Positions 19,529-29,454 of a stretch of DNA of 64,000 nt are shown one piece after another. Position 1 is the first letter of the stretch. Every line of letters begins with the position of its first letter. Made by a program: the position numbers and the translations under genes. This DNA is from an uncultured virus (IMG/VR IMGVR_UViG_3300025151_004056) (taxonomy: Duplodnaviria; Heunggongvirae; Uroviricota; Caudoviricetes): the IMG/VR virus record IMGVR_UViG_3300025151_004056. The stretch is one strand, 5' to 3'. The notes beneath the pieces were generated by a model, which was not told where the DNA came from, searched no databases, and saw nothing but the letters and a program-made list of their open reading frames with translations.

Positions 19529-22087
19529 TTAGAGACGACCGACTGCTACCTCAATAATAGACATTTCTTTGCTAGTTTTGTCTTCGATAGCCTTGCCTAC
19601 AGTCATGCCAGGATGCATTATAGTAGCAACATGATACCAAGCAGTTGCACCGCCTTGACCATCACTTACCATAATATCTCCTTTTTCACACGTGCCTGTC
19701 ACTTTACATGGTACTCGACCTTGTAATGCAATAGCAACTTTGTGACCAGGGCATTCTGCATTCATAAGATATGCTGGATTAGTTGACACTACACCTGCTA
19801 CTCGTCTAGTACCTACTTCATTAGAAAGATGAACTTCTTTAGTGCCACCGAAACTTACTACTGTACCTTCTTCGTAGTCTGCTTCTCCTTCATAGTATTC
19901 TGCTAAGTCAGCATATGTTGCTTCTAATTTAGATCCTGCACCCAATGACCAATTACCTATAATAGCACCCGTTGTATTTGCATTTGCTGTTGCTGGATCG
20001 GTTCCAGCATGTAATTCTGTAGTGTAAACTTCGTTGAATATGCCGAAGTTAGAACCTGATACGTTACCACCTGATACGTTACCAGTTGCGGCAATATTTG
20101 CAATACCAGTAAGATTAACACTTCCATTACCTGCGATGTTACCACCAGATGGCATTGAAAGTCCACCAGTTCCTGTAATAACTTCCGTACCTTCTATTGT
20201 TGGGGCAAATACTTTTCCTGTTGCATTAACATTTCCCGCATCAACATTTGCAGAAACAGTTAATGATGATAGTGTACCAACTGATGTAATGTTGGCTTGT
20301 GCGGCACCTGACACTGTAGCGGCTACTGATGCTAATGCTACAGTACCTGATACATTTGCGCCAGCAACTGCATTAGCAGTCGCGGCAAAGTTAACTTGAC
20401 CTGCAACGTTTGCTCCTTGCACGTTTGAAATGTTGCCTGCATCTCCTGATAAAATACCTACAACGTTCCCTATGAACTGATCTGCGGCTACTCTATTAGT
20501 AAATGTTGTGTGCGTTGCATTTGATGTGATTTCTTGGAAGCCTAAAGTGATAGACGACCCTGAAAGATATAAATCTCTAAATCTATTTGTATTGTTTCCT
20601 AAATCATAAGAAACATTTGCATCTGGTGTAATGTCTCCTGCTACTTCTAAACTTGAAAGTGTGCCGAGACTAGTAACATTTGGTTGTGCGGCTGTTGTAA
20701 GTGCACCAGTCAATGTTGAACCTGAAACATCATATGTTGCTTCGACATTACCTGATACGAATTTTGCATTAGCAGTATCAAATGTATAACTACCGCTGAC
20801 ATTAAGTGGTTTATTACCTGTTGCAGAAGTAGATACTAATGCTGGGAAGTAATTTCCTGTAGTAAGATTTCCTACTACACTGTTGTCTGCTACATTAGCA
20901 TAATCAACATTTAAATTTGCTACACGTGTAGTAGAGTCTACGACAATAGGTGTCGTACCTGTTGCTACATTTGAAAATAGTCTGGATGATGTGACTGCTC
21001 CAGTTGCATTTAAGTTTCCTACGTTTGCATTACCATTAACAGTTAAAGTTTTACCTGCACTAAAGTCCCAAGTAAAATCTCCATCGCCATCGATGACACC
21101 TGAGTTATTATATTGCACACTTGTATTACTACCCTGAGCCGCTGATCCACCTGTTCCACCGCCTACTGATGCAACTGCTCTACCACCAACACCATATACA
21201 TTTGCTGTTAATCCTGTTGTTGTGCCAATTGGCTTTTCAGGTCCTGCAACACCATTTGCATAAAGAGTATCAGAAAGTACAATAGTTGTTGTTGTAGGTA
21301 ATGCATTAATATAGTAAGTGCTAATCGTATCTATTAATGAAGTTGCACTATCCATGTTACCTGTAAATCTAACAGGGTCATTCAATGAAAATACTTGTGA
21401 ATTACCTACAGTAATTCTTTTGTTTGAAGTATCTGTTGATGCAACACTTGAAAATGCATAATCAGTAAATGCTGAGGTATCTACTGGAGTTGTTAAACTT
21501 GTATCTGAATATAATGAGAATGTATTTGCAGTCAAAACGTTAGCATAATATGTGCCACCGTTTAATTCAGTCATACCAACTGCGCCAGTGATTGTAACTT
21601 CTTGTCCTGATGTTAAAAAGTTTTCTGTTGTTGAAGTAACAACGCCAGGGTTGGCTTGTGATACATCTTCTATGTATGCTGTAATTGTTCCTTTAGGTGT
21701 CCAAGATAAATTACCTAGACCATCAGTTTCAATTGTATAACCAACTGAACCGCCGTCTATTTGAACATTGCTAATCTCTCCTAAGTCAACTAATCCGCCG
21801 GCGTCTCCGCCTCTGTTGACCCAGTTAGTACCGTCAAATGCTAAGACTTGTCCGTCTGCGACTGTACTATTTGATATGTTTAAGTTACCAACTGATCCGT
21901 CGATTTGACTGAATGTGATATCAGAGTATGAAGTTAAAACTTCAATATTTTCTAATCCACTAGTAGTTTTACCTATAAAGACTCTTTTTGCATCACTGGC
22001 AAAACCGATTTCTGCTTCGTCTAATTGTGGTAAATCAACTAGGTTACCAGCCCTTTGTTGAATTTTAGAGATTTGTATAATGCTCAT
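19529..22087 (-). CDS. Tail fibre protein with probable C-terminal chaperone/autocleavage domain
   Basis: N-term IQQRAG..LPQLDEAEIGFASDAKRVFIG; FCCH-like module; AAQxNxTSxGTLSSL repeats; C-term ADLAEYY..VAGVVSTNP..ALQGRVPCKV. Confidence 0.8.
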   Translation of the reverse strand: MSIIQISKIQQRAGNLVDLPQLDEAEIGFASDAKRVFIGKTTSGLENIEVLTSYSDITFSQIDGSVGNLNISNSTVADGQVLAFDGTNWVNRGGDAGGLVDLGEISNVQIDGGSVGYTIETDGLGNLSWTPKGTITAYIEDVSQANPGVVTSTTENFLTSGQEVTITGAVGMTELNGGTYYANVLTANTFSLYSDTSLTTPVDTSAFTDYAFSSVASTDTSNKRITVGNSQVFSLNDPVRFTGNMDSATSLIDTISTYYINALPTTTTIVLSDTLYANGVAGPEKPIGTTTGLTANVYGVGGRAVASVGGGTGGSAAQGSNTSVQYNNSGVIDGDGDFTWDFSAGKTLTVNGNANVGNLNATGAVTSSRLFSNVATGTTPIVVDSTTRVANLNVDYANVADNSVVGNLTTGNYFPALVSTSATGNKPLNVSGSYTFDTANAKFVSGNVEATYDVSGSTLTGALTTAAQPNVTSLGTLSSLEVAGDITPDANVSYDLGNNTNRFRDLYLSGSSITLGFQEITSNATHTTFTNRVAADQFIGNVVGILSGDAGNISNVQGANVAGQVNFAATANAVAGANVSGTVALASVAATVSGAAQANITSVGTLSSLTVSANVDAGNVNATGKVFAPTIEGTEVITGTGGLSMPSGGNIAGNGSVNLTGIANIAATGNVSGGNVSGSNFGIFNEVYTTELHAGTDPATANANTTGAIIGNWSLGAGSKLEATYADLAEYYEGEADYEEGTVVSFGGTKEVHLSNEVGTRRVAGVVSTNPAYLMNAECPGHKVAIALQGRVPCKVTGTCEKGDIMVSDGQGGATAWYHVATIMHPGMTVGKAIEDKTSKEMSIIEVAVGRL

Positions 22088-22151
22088 AAGTCTAATCTTT
22101 TCCTTTGATTATACTTATTTATCATTGATTTTAAATCAATGTGGCATTTTA

Positions 22152-22841
22152 TCAGATGTACTTAGTGTAGTATTCTTCTAACTTCTTTAGCCATTGTTGA
22201 TGATACTTATCAAACTCATTGCCTTCTACAATAAACTCTTGGTATTCATAGTCTTTGCTACACATAAACACGACACCTTTCTTAATCTTTGTGCCATATA
22301 AGATGTTGTGTGCATCTGCATATGCGGCTAACTGAATAAAATAATCATCAATCCATTCACGTTTCTTGGGTCTATTCGTTTGCTTGTGATCCATGATTGC
22401 TTCATCACCTTTATGTAAACCAACTAAGTCAGTTGTGCCTGCATAAATTTCAGGATAGTATAATGTAACTTCAGTTCCCCAAAATTCTTCACAGTTGACT
22501 AGACCTTTGTCAACAATTTCTTGTGCCATAATATGACTTTGTTTGCTGTATGGATTAGATCCGTATTGTCCCATGTCTCCAGTGTCACTTAACACATAGT
22601 TTTCTAACCATTTATGCATACGTGTTCCGCGTCCTGCGGCTTCAGTAGTGATCTCTTGTGCCTTTTTATGTCCAACTCTGTTACGCCATTCTTGTAATGA
22701 TTTTTTCTTTTCTTCAGATTGTGTAGCAGATAAGATAGTCGTTACACTAGGAAGTTTACCTCCGTCTGGTGTAAGATATTTACGTGAACCATCAAAGTTT
22801 TTCTTTTTTAATTCTTGGTATGGATATTTTTGTGTTATCAT
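22152..22841 (-). CDS. PD-(D/E)XK exonuclease (Cas4/RecB-like phage nuclease)
   Basis: LPSVTTIL, GTRMH, YAGTTDL, IMDHKQ, QLAAY. Confidence 0.88.
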   Translation of the reverse strand: MITQKYPYQELKKKNFDGSRKYLTPDGGKLPSVTTILSATQSEEKKKSLQEWRNRVGHKKAQEITTEAAGRGTRMHKWLENYVLSDTGDMGQYGSNPYSKQSHIMAQEIVDKGLVNCEEFWGTEVTLYYPEIYAGTTDLVGLHKGDEAIMDHKQTNRPKKREWIDDYFIQLAAYADAHNILYGTKIKKGVVFMCSKDYEYQEFIVEGNEFDKYHQQWLKKLEEYYTKYI

Positions 22842-23728
22842 TATGGCCTCATATGATCTGTTTCTGGTTTGCCTGCCCAGTTTTTATTTAAGTAATCTAA
22901 TCCCAATTCATTGAAGTAATAGACGTTTCTGCAAAATTCTAGTGGGTAATAATTTAGTGCATTGTTAGGATTATGTTGCACTTCTTTTTCTGTTTCTGGA
23001 GTATGTATTAATATGTCATGTAACTTGGCATGTTTACAATCAGTCACTTCAATTTCATCATAACGTTCTGCAATTTCTGCCAAAACAAAATCTGCAAGAT
23101 GTTTGTGTCCTTCTACTGTTTCATGTAAGCAAGGGGTCTTTTCAAAATCTTGGGTGATTTCATTAAAATTACGTAGTTTTCCCGGATGCAATTCTAATTC
23201 ATTTGCTAAAATTGTTTCATGCTTGTCAATAAACTCATTTACTAATCCATTAGTAACTGGCATATAATCACTCATTAAATGAGGAATATTATGAGAGTCT
23301 AGTAAACTATTAATGCTTGACCAACGATGTAATTTGTCTTGTTCCATTAAACAATAATAGTGATCATCGGAGTTTAAAATTATTTCTTTTTCTAACTGAG
23401 TGTGGGTACTATAACCGTCAACAATATAAAAATGATGAGGTAACTGATTCGGTGGCACTTGTGACAAATAGCATTCTCTACGTGATGATTGGGTGTATGC
23501 ATGTATATAGAAAGGATTATTGTCATGCAAAAGGTCTTTATAAAAGTATTGCATCGTTCTACGAAAGATTGCTTGATTACCCTGTCCGGGTATAGAAAGA
23601 TTAACTAACGGAACACCTAAACGTTTTGCAATGATAGAGGCCCAACCATCTTTGATTGGATCTGAGATTCCGTGTCCATATGTGTAACTACAGCCGTTAA
23701 CGACTAAGTGTGATATTTTTAATTTCAA
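22841..23728 (-). CDS. SGNH-like hypothetical protein
   Basis: VVNGCSYTYG, NLSIPGQGN, LHETVEGH; likely TTG start overlapping the iscA stop (TTGA). Confidence 0.6.
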   Translation of the reverse strand: MKLKISHLVVNGCSYTYGHGISDPIKDGWASIIAKRLGVPLVNLSIPGQGNQAIFRRTMQYFYKDLLHDNNPFYIHAYTQSSRRECYLSQVPPNQLPHHFYIVDGYSTHTQLEKEIILNSDDHYYCLMEQDKLHRWSSINSLLDSHNIPHLMSDYMPVTNGLVNEFIDKHETILANELELHPGKLRNFNEITQDFEKTPCLHETVEGHKHLADFVLAEIAERYDEIEVTDCKHAKLHDILIHTPETEKEVQHNPNNALNYYPLEFCRNVYYFNELGLDYLNKNWAGKPETDHMRP

Positions 23729-24042
23729 ATTGTAAAACTCTCTCCACAACCACAACGTGCTTTTTCTAAAGGATTTATGAATTCAAAACCTTCATTTAAT
23801 CCTTGTTTTTGATAGTCTACTGTGATTCCTTCAAGTATAGTGTTAGCCTTTGGATCAATTAGTATTGAAAACCCATCGTATTCATTAATGATGTCTTCTT
23901 CATTAATAGAATCTGCAAATTCAAGTTTATAAGCATATCCACTACATCCTGTAGTTTCGATACCTATACGAATTCCAACGCCTTTACCGCGTTTGTCTAA
24001 ATGGGCTTTAATTTTGTCTTTTGCGATTTCTGTAACTTCCAT
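23725..24042 (-). CDS. iscA: Fe-S cluster assembly A-type carrier (IscA/HesB)
   Basis: TGCSGYAY and C-terminal RCGCGESF. Confidence 0.95.
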   Translation of the reverse strand: MEVTEIAKDKIKAHLDKRGKGVGIRIGIETTGCSGYAYKLEFADSINEEDIINEYDGFSILIDPKANTILEGITVDYQKQGLNEGFEFINPLEKARCGCGESFTI

Positions 24043-24108
24043 ACTTGTATTTAATACCTTAATATGTTATTATAAAGTAATTTATATTACGTGTAAAGTG
24101 GATTGGGT

Positions 24109-24480
24109 TTATATTTTGAAGGCGCCGCGATCTTTTTTCATTGCAGACTTTGCCATTTTATCAACAGTCTTTTCACTATCAGATTGCTTGTCTTGACCTG
24201 GCTGAATGTTAACAGGTTCATGCCCTTTGAATATTACTTTATCGCCTTGAATATTTGAGATTACACTTTTAAGAAGTGGTTTTTCTAACATCTTATACAG
24301 GTCTTGTACGTCAAGTATGATGTCATTGTCTTGGAATGTGTCGAGTAATTGATCTACAGTAAAGTTGTCAGCATCAATGGATCCGTCTTCAACGTGTTGT
24401 TTTAGTTGATTGGAAACAGCCACGATGCTGGCTGCCATTGCATTGCTGTCCTGAGCATCGACAAACTCGTAAAGCCTCAT
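24109..24480 (-). CDS. Hypothetical, possible internal head protein
   Basis: 123 aa, MRLYEF N-terminus. Confidence 0.6.
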   Translation of the reverse strand: MRLYEFVDAQDSNAMAASIVAVSNQLKQHVEDGSIDADNFTVDQLLDTFQDNDIILDVQDLYKMLEKPLLKSVISNIQGDKVIFKGHEPVNIQPGQDKQSDSEKTVDKMAKSAMKKDRGAFKI

Positions 24481-24485
24481 GTGCT

Positions 24486-25223
24486 TTACCTTCTTGCTCT
24501 ACCGACTGGTCCTGTTGATACGTCTACGTCTACGTCTTCGATGTCTCCAACAACTTCTGGAGCATTAACATCTACTACGTCAGTGCCTTCATCACCTGTT
24601 ACATTGATTGCAGGGTCAGAAACATCCATACTGTCAACACCAACTTCGCCGTCACCTAAACCTGAGTCTACATCACCGTCGAATGCGTCTACGACATTTC
24701 CACCTGTGATACCTGCTAATGCTTGATCAAGTTGACCTTTAACAGATACTAAACACTGATTTAATTCTGCGAGACCTTGTCCTGCTGTCTGATCAAATGC
24801 TTGTGCTTCGTTAACACCGATTTCTGTTTGAACAGAGTCAACTAATGCAGGCATTTCTTTGACTAACATGTCTGAAACTTCTTCTAACATTTTCTGTACA
24901 GAGTCAACCATGTCTTGTGCGGCTAAGATTACTTGTGATCTATTAACTTCTTCGTTTTCTGTAATGACTTTAGTTCTAGGTGCTTCAGGAGCAGTTTTAT
25001 AATGCTCTCTAAGCGCCTGTTCAACAAACACTAACTTCATATATGATGGATATTCAGCGCCAAAGTTCTTAGATTCTTTTGCTTCAGCAATTAGACCTTT
25101 TACTTTGTTATGCATGGTTTGAGTTTGGACTTTGTTTAAGCCCTTAACTTTAAAGTCAACTTCAAAGTTTTCTTTCAAAGCCTTGACCGCAACTTCTTGT
25201 GTGTTTAAATCATTAAGTTTCAT
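24486..25223 (-). CDS. Hypothetical acidic late protein (scaffold/core-like)
   Basis: 245 aa, helical with acidic tail; late box upstream. Confidence 0.55.
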   Translation of the reverse strand: MKLNDLNTQEVAVKALKENFEVDFKVKGLNKVQTQTMHNKVKGLIAEAKESKNFGAEYPSYMKLVFVEQALREHYKTAPEAPRTKVITENEEVNRSQVILAAQDMVDSVQKMLEEVSDMLVKEMPALVDSVQTEIGVNEAQAFDQTAGQGLAELNQCLVSVKGQLDQALAGITGGNVVDAFDGDVDSGLGDGEVGVDSMDVSDPAINVTGDEGTDVVDVNAPEVVGDIEDVDVDVSTGPVGRARR

Positions 25224-25232
25224 ATTAAATTC

Positions 25233-25793
25233 CTAGTAATCTCTCATAGATATATTGTATTTATCTTGTTCCGCAGAATTTCTGGATTTTTTATACCGAT
25301 TCTTTTTGTGTTCCTCAAAGATTCTACGTTGTTGTTCTTTAGATGTATTTATTAGTCTTTCTAAGTTATACACAATTTGTTTTTTGCGACCCAAGTCATC
25401 TTGTAATTTCGTTAATTGAATTAGTCTGTGATCTAATCCTTTATCTGATGTTTTATATCCTCTGGTATGTACAGCAATATCTAAATTAATGGATGCCATC
25501 TTTCCGTCTAGGCTATATACTTCATTTGCTCTTTCAGTATTACGATTATGAGAAAACACACAGTATGCCATTGCATTTCTAGCATTTATAAATTCGTAAT
25601 TATGCTCCCAATCATTCGATGATACTGTATACAATGCAGTTTTGTCGTCTTTGCGTATTCTATATTTGCCAAAGGCTTTAATGCCATACTTATCATTACT
25701 GATATAAAGATTCTTTAATTCTTTAATCAATTCTCCTTTAAACATCGCCTTGATTTTATTACGAGCATCTTCTACATTTGTTTTCTTTTTCAT
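25233..25793 (-). CDS. Hypothetical protein
   Basis: 186-aa ORF overlapping upstream gene by 4 nt. Confidence 0.6.
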   Translation of the reverse strand: MKKKTNVEDARNKIKAMFKGELIKELKNLYISNDKYGIKAFGKYRIRKDDKTALYTVSSNDWEHNYEFINARNAMAYCVFSHNRNTERANEVYSLDGKMASINLDIAVHTRGYKTSDKGLDHRLIQLTKLQDDLGRKKQIVYNLERLINTSKEQQRRIFEEHKKNRYKKSRNSAEQDKYNISMRDY

Positions 25794-26224
25794 ACATTCT
25801 CCATAAAGTATATATTATTTAATTCAGGTGTAGTGTCTAAAAAGTTAGGCAAATCTACACTTTCGGTACCACATTTAATCATAGGTATTTCATGGCAATC
25901 TTTTACAAGATAGCCTAAAGCATCTAAGGTGTCATCAAAAACTGAATTGTTCTGTACTTTAAAATCAAACTTCCAATAATGAAAGTTACTGTCGTCTATT
26001 AAGAATCCAAATGGAGAGTCTTCTGCGTTTGCCTCTATACGATGAGGGTAATGTAATATTTCTGGGTTGCCTCGCAAACTTATGCATTGCAATATAGTAT
26101 CAAAGTTTGCTTGTGAATTTCTTTGAACTTGCCATAACTGATGGTTGTCCCCAACAGGCTTTGACCTGTTAAGAACATTAGTATGAGTAATGTCAAACAA
26201 TGTGAAGCAAGTTATGGTTTTCAT
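25790..26224 (-). CDS. Hypothetical protein
   Basis: 144 aa; TLFDIT..QRNSQANFDTILQCISLR; late box 5 nt before ATG. Confidence 0.65.
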   Translation of the reverse strand: MKTITCFTLFDITHTNVLNRSKPVGDNHQLWQVQRNSQANFDTILQCISLRGNPEILHYPHRIEANAEDSPFGFLIDDSNFHYWKFDFKVQNNSVFDDTLDALGYLVKDCHEIPMIKCGTESVDLPNFLDTTPELNNIYFMENV

Positions 26225-26241
26225 GTTAGTATTTAGTAGCC

Positions 26242-26272
26242 AAAAAAAAGCCTCTAATAAAAGAGGCTTTTT
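26242..26272. terminator. Bidirectional intrinsic terminator
   Basis: AAAAAAAAGCCTCT-AATAAA-AGAGGCTTTTT. Confidence 0.8.
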
Positions 26273-26290
26273 AATTCTTTAACTAAAAAC

Positions 26291-26662
26291 TTAGTTAGTG
26301 AATGTTGCTGATGCTACAACTGTTGATGTTCCACCAGTTGCTGTATCGATAGCAGATGCTAAAGTAGTTGTGTCCCAAGCGCCAGTAGGATATACTGCGA
26401 TTGAAAGATCATCTGTTGCATCATTAGTAAACTCGTAGATGTAAACAATTGCTTTCTGCTGAATTGTTAACATTGCGATGTTTGCTAAAGTTGTGTTTGC
26501 GGCGATGTCTGCTAACTCAATGTTAAAGAAGTCTAACTTCGGTCCTTGAGGCTGAACAGTTTTTGCTGATTCAACTGCGTTAACGCCAGGGTTTGAATAT
26601 CCAGTTGCGTCTAAACGTAATACTGGATAAAAGTCACCATTTGCTCTTGTAAATTGTGCCAT
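26291..26662 (-). CDS. Small virion structural protein (putative)
   Basis: 123 aa Ala/Thr-rich; own late promoter, SD and terminator. Confidence 0.55.
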   Translation of the reverse strand: MAQFTRANGDFYPVLRLDATGYSNPGVNAVESAKTVQPQGPKLDFFNIELADIAANTTLANIAMLTIQQKAIVYIYEFTNDATDDLSIAVYPTGAWDTTTLASAIDTATGGTSTVVASATFTN

Positions 26663-26773
26663 TTTTCTATTCCTTTTTTGTAAGACTCGTTCCGAGCCTG
26701 TAATATTTGTTGTCCCTCACCATGAGGTTCATACTATTATTTATTCCGATTGCGAAAAAAACTGGTGATATTA

Positions 26774-27922
26774 TTACTTTGCGGCGAGATTTTGAGCAGA
26801 AAAGCCCATTCTGTTGACAAATTTGAGTCCATTAGCAACGAAACCTTCATGTGTTTCACTGCCATCATCTAAGTATCCTTTAACAGGACTAGCCTCTGCG
26901 GCTTTGTCTAATTGATCTACGATGTTCTGTTTTAGATTATACAATGCAATCCAAATCTTAAATGCACCTATGACACCGTCTTTGTGAGCATTGAAATGGT
27001 TAGTAATTTTAGTACGCATTGAGTCAGTCATTGGACGTTGCTCAATGAATTGAAGGAAATCATTATATAAGTTAGATAAGTCTTTTGCTACAATCTTTTT
27101 ATTAATGAATACAGTAAACAAAGAGTTGAATGCATTACGTGCTTGTGGTGCTGAGTTCATTAAAATGCGAACAGCATCACCATGTTGAGCAATTTCTGCT
27201 TCTGCTTGTGACTTTAACTTAGTAGGCATCTTAATCTTAGGTGTGATTGGCATTTTACTAGGTACAATTGCAACATCACTATTGTTATGTAAGTTGCCTA
27301 TTGTGCCGTCAAGTGATACTGACTCATCTGTAGTTTCTGCATTTGCTGGAATAAATGTGTGTACACCTACCCCTGCTGTTTTGCCTTTAAGCATATGTCC
27401 AACTTCACTGTCTGCTTTAACTTTATAAGCAATACCATTTGGATTCATTTTAAATGAATAATAACCATCTTGGTCTTCCAATGGTTTTGCAAATAACAAA
27501 TCTCCCCAATAGTAACCTACTGAGCCTCGGTCTGCTTTTTCTAACCCAGGCCAAATATTGTCAATTAACTGATATAAGTCACCTCGATTGACACCTCTAT
27601 TTTCATCATATTTTCTAAATTCTTGTGGGGAATAGACTCGTCTACCTGTACCGTCTTGTTTATTGAACATGTGTTTGTCCATGATAGAAAATCTACCTTT
27701 CTGATCACGTCCAAAGATAAGAGCAGGATATCCGTCCCACTTAATTGTGATTGTGCCTGGTTGTGCTATTGTTTGTTCTATTGCACTGATTGCTTGTCTA
27801 GCACCCTGAACGTCGCCTAAGAACACTAAATCTTCTGGATGATCTAAGTGTCCTTTTGCTTCGACTAAATTGATTTTTTCTAATGTACGTAAAGTATTAG
27901 ATAATGATTCACTGAGGTTCAT
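26774..27922 (-). CDS. Conserved-type phage protein with ligase-like nucleotidyltransferase motifs
   Basis: HLDHPED, TIKWDG (KxDG), GDLLF, HEGFV, LKFVNR. Confidence 0.55.
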   Translation of the reverse strand: MNLSESLSNTLRTLEKINLVEAKGHLDHPEDLVFLGDVQGARQAISAIEQTIAQPGTITIKWDGYPALIFGRDQKGRFSIMDKHMFNKQDGTGRRVYSPQEFRKYDENRGVNRGDLYQLIDNIWPGLEKADRGSVGYYWGDLLFAKPLEDQDGYYSFKMNPNGIAYKVKADSEVGHMLKGKTAGVGVHTFIPANAETTDESVSLDGTIGNLHNNSDVAIVPSKMPITPKIKMPTKLKSQAEAEIAQHGDAVRILMNSAPQARNAFNSLFTVFINKKIVAKDLSNLYNDFLQFIEQRPMTDSMRTKITNHFNAHKDGVIGAFKIWIALYNLKQNIVDQLDKAAEASPVKGYLDDGSETHEGFVANGLKFVNRMGFSAQNLAAK

Positions 27923-27924
27923 GC

Positions 27925-29157
27925 TTACCTCGATTTCAGTAATGCTACTTTTTCTGCTCTAATTGCTGATTGAGTTTTAGATTCTTTAACCGCTTGTTTT
28001 TGTGGGAGTTTTGCTTGATAGAAGGTTTTAGGATCCATCGCATACATTTTTGAATACTTTTGTTGATCTTCTGCTGATAACGCCTTACCACTAGAATCAA
28101 TCCACTGTTCTCCGTTATAAAAATATTCTGTTCCACCTGCATCTTTAATTGCTATGCCTGCAGGTATCTGTACAGGCTTCATTGGTGTTTCTTTTGATTT
28201 TAATTCAGGTTCTTTTGCACCTTGGGCTTGTACTGATTTCTGTATTACTTCTGCGCCAGGAGCATTCTTTGCTCCTATAGGAGTGACCCCTACTGTAGAA
28301 GTTGCCGCCCAAGCACCGTCTGCTAATTGAATTAATATGTCTCTATCAATATCTGGTTTACTTGGATTTTTTGAGTTATTATAAACATGTTCTAAGTTAT
28401 CGATGATTTGATATAATACATCTTTACTTTTAGTATAGTCTACATTTTGCATCCACTGACCAAACCAGTCTCTCATAAAAACACTAAGCATTCTACCGCC
28501 TGATGTTTCTACGTCTGTTTCTTGTGCTTGTTCGTCTATGATACTTTCTAAGACCATATTCATTTCGACAAACTTGACCCATTCGTTAAGATTACCGTTC
28601 CAACCTGGATATGCCCTTCTAATTTCTTGTGTAGTCAAACCTTTATCAACTAAATCTTTAATACTGTATTGTTGCCATTTCATTCTACGTTTAGTTGGCT
28701 TTAAGGGCCTGTTGAAGCCGTCTGTTTCTTTACCGTAATTTGACATGTCAGGCTTATACTCACCGTATTTTTCATGTCCCTTCATTTTAGGATTAAACAT
28801 TCTTCTCATTTTTTCTTGGAAGCCAGGCATCAAACGTTGTTTGTTATCTGGATCCATGTTTCCTTGAGAATCTGGATTGTCATCACCAGTTGCTGAACTT
28901 GGACCTAAGGGTGGGTTAATTAATCCTGCTTTAAGCCCTGAATCAAGTGTACTCAATGCATCACTAACAAAATCTCTTACAAATAATTTGTATGCTAATT
29001 TATCTTGTCTTGTTAGTCCACCTTTAAGTCCTAGACTAGGCGCTTTTACTGTTGGTCCACCTGTACCGCCCATCCCACCTTGACCGCGGTATCGTTTGTC
29101 TCCAAACATCCAGTTACTTAATTTGTTTTCGTTGATAATGACTTCATCAAACTTCAT
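27925..29157 (-). CDS. Hypothetical, possible internal head protein
   Basis: 410 aa, MKFDEVIINE N-terminus. Confidence 0.6.
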   Translation of the reverse strand: MKFDEVIINENKLSNWMFGDKRYRGQGGMGGTGGPTVKAPSLGLKGGLTRQDKLAYKLFVRDFVSDALSTLDSGLKAGLINPPLGPSSATGDDNPDSQGNMDPDNKQRLMPGFQEKMRRMFNPKMKGHEKYGEYKPDMSNYGKETDGFNRPLKPTKRRMKWQQYSIKDLVDKGLTTQEIRRAYPGWNGNLNEWVKFVEMNMVLESIIDEQAQETDVETSGGRMLSVFMRDWFGQWMQNVDYTKSKDVLYQIIDNLEHVYNNSKNPSKPDIDRDILIQLADGAWAATSTVGVTPIGAKNAPGAEVIQKSVQAQGAKEPELKSKETPMKPVQIPAGIAIKDAGGTEYFYNGEQWIDSSGKALSAEDQQKYSKMYAMDPKTFYQAKLPQKQAVKESKTQSAIRAEKVALLKSR

Positions 29158-29163
29158 TAGTAC

Positions 29164-29406
29164 TTACCCTTGATATTTTTTAATCGTTTTTGAAAAACGA
29201 GTCTTGTCTCTTCCTCGGATAGCACTTAGCAGTTTCTTTTCTAACTGTTCAGCCTGAACGTCATCATAATTGCGTTGGATGAATTCGATTAGATTAACCG
29301 CACTAGTAATGATATTGTTGCCACGAGACTCGACAATATGTGGGATATCTCGGTTGCTACCAAAATTTTCTAGTTCTTCTAAAAGGCTTTTAGTTTTTTT
29401 CTGCAT
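29164..29406 (-). CDS. Hypothetical protein
   Basis: 80 aa, SD and late box upstream. Confidence 0.65.
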   Translation of the reverse strand: MQKKTKSLLEELENFGSNRDIPHIVESRGNNIITSAVNLIEFIQRNYDDVQAEQLEKKLLSAIRGRDKTRFSKTIKKYQG

Positions 29407-29454
29407 AAGTATAATTCCTTACTACTATTTAGTCTACCATGACCATTTTGGATA

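Noticed and set aside
22152..22841. Cas4-like nuclease as evidence of a CRISPR system
   Set aside because: No array or other cas genes and no four-Cys Fe-S motif; typical stand-alone phage exonuclease
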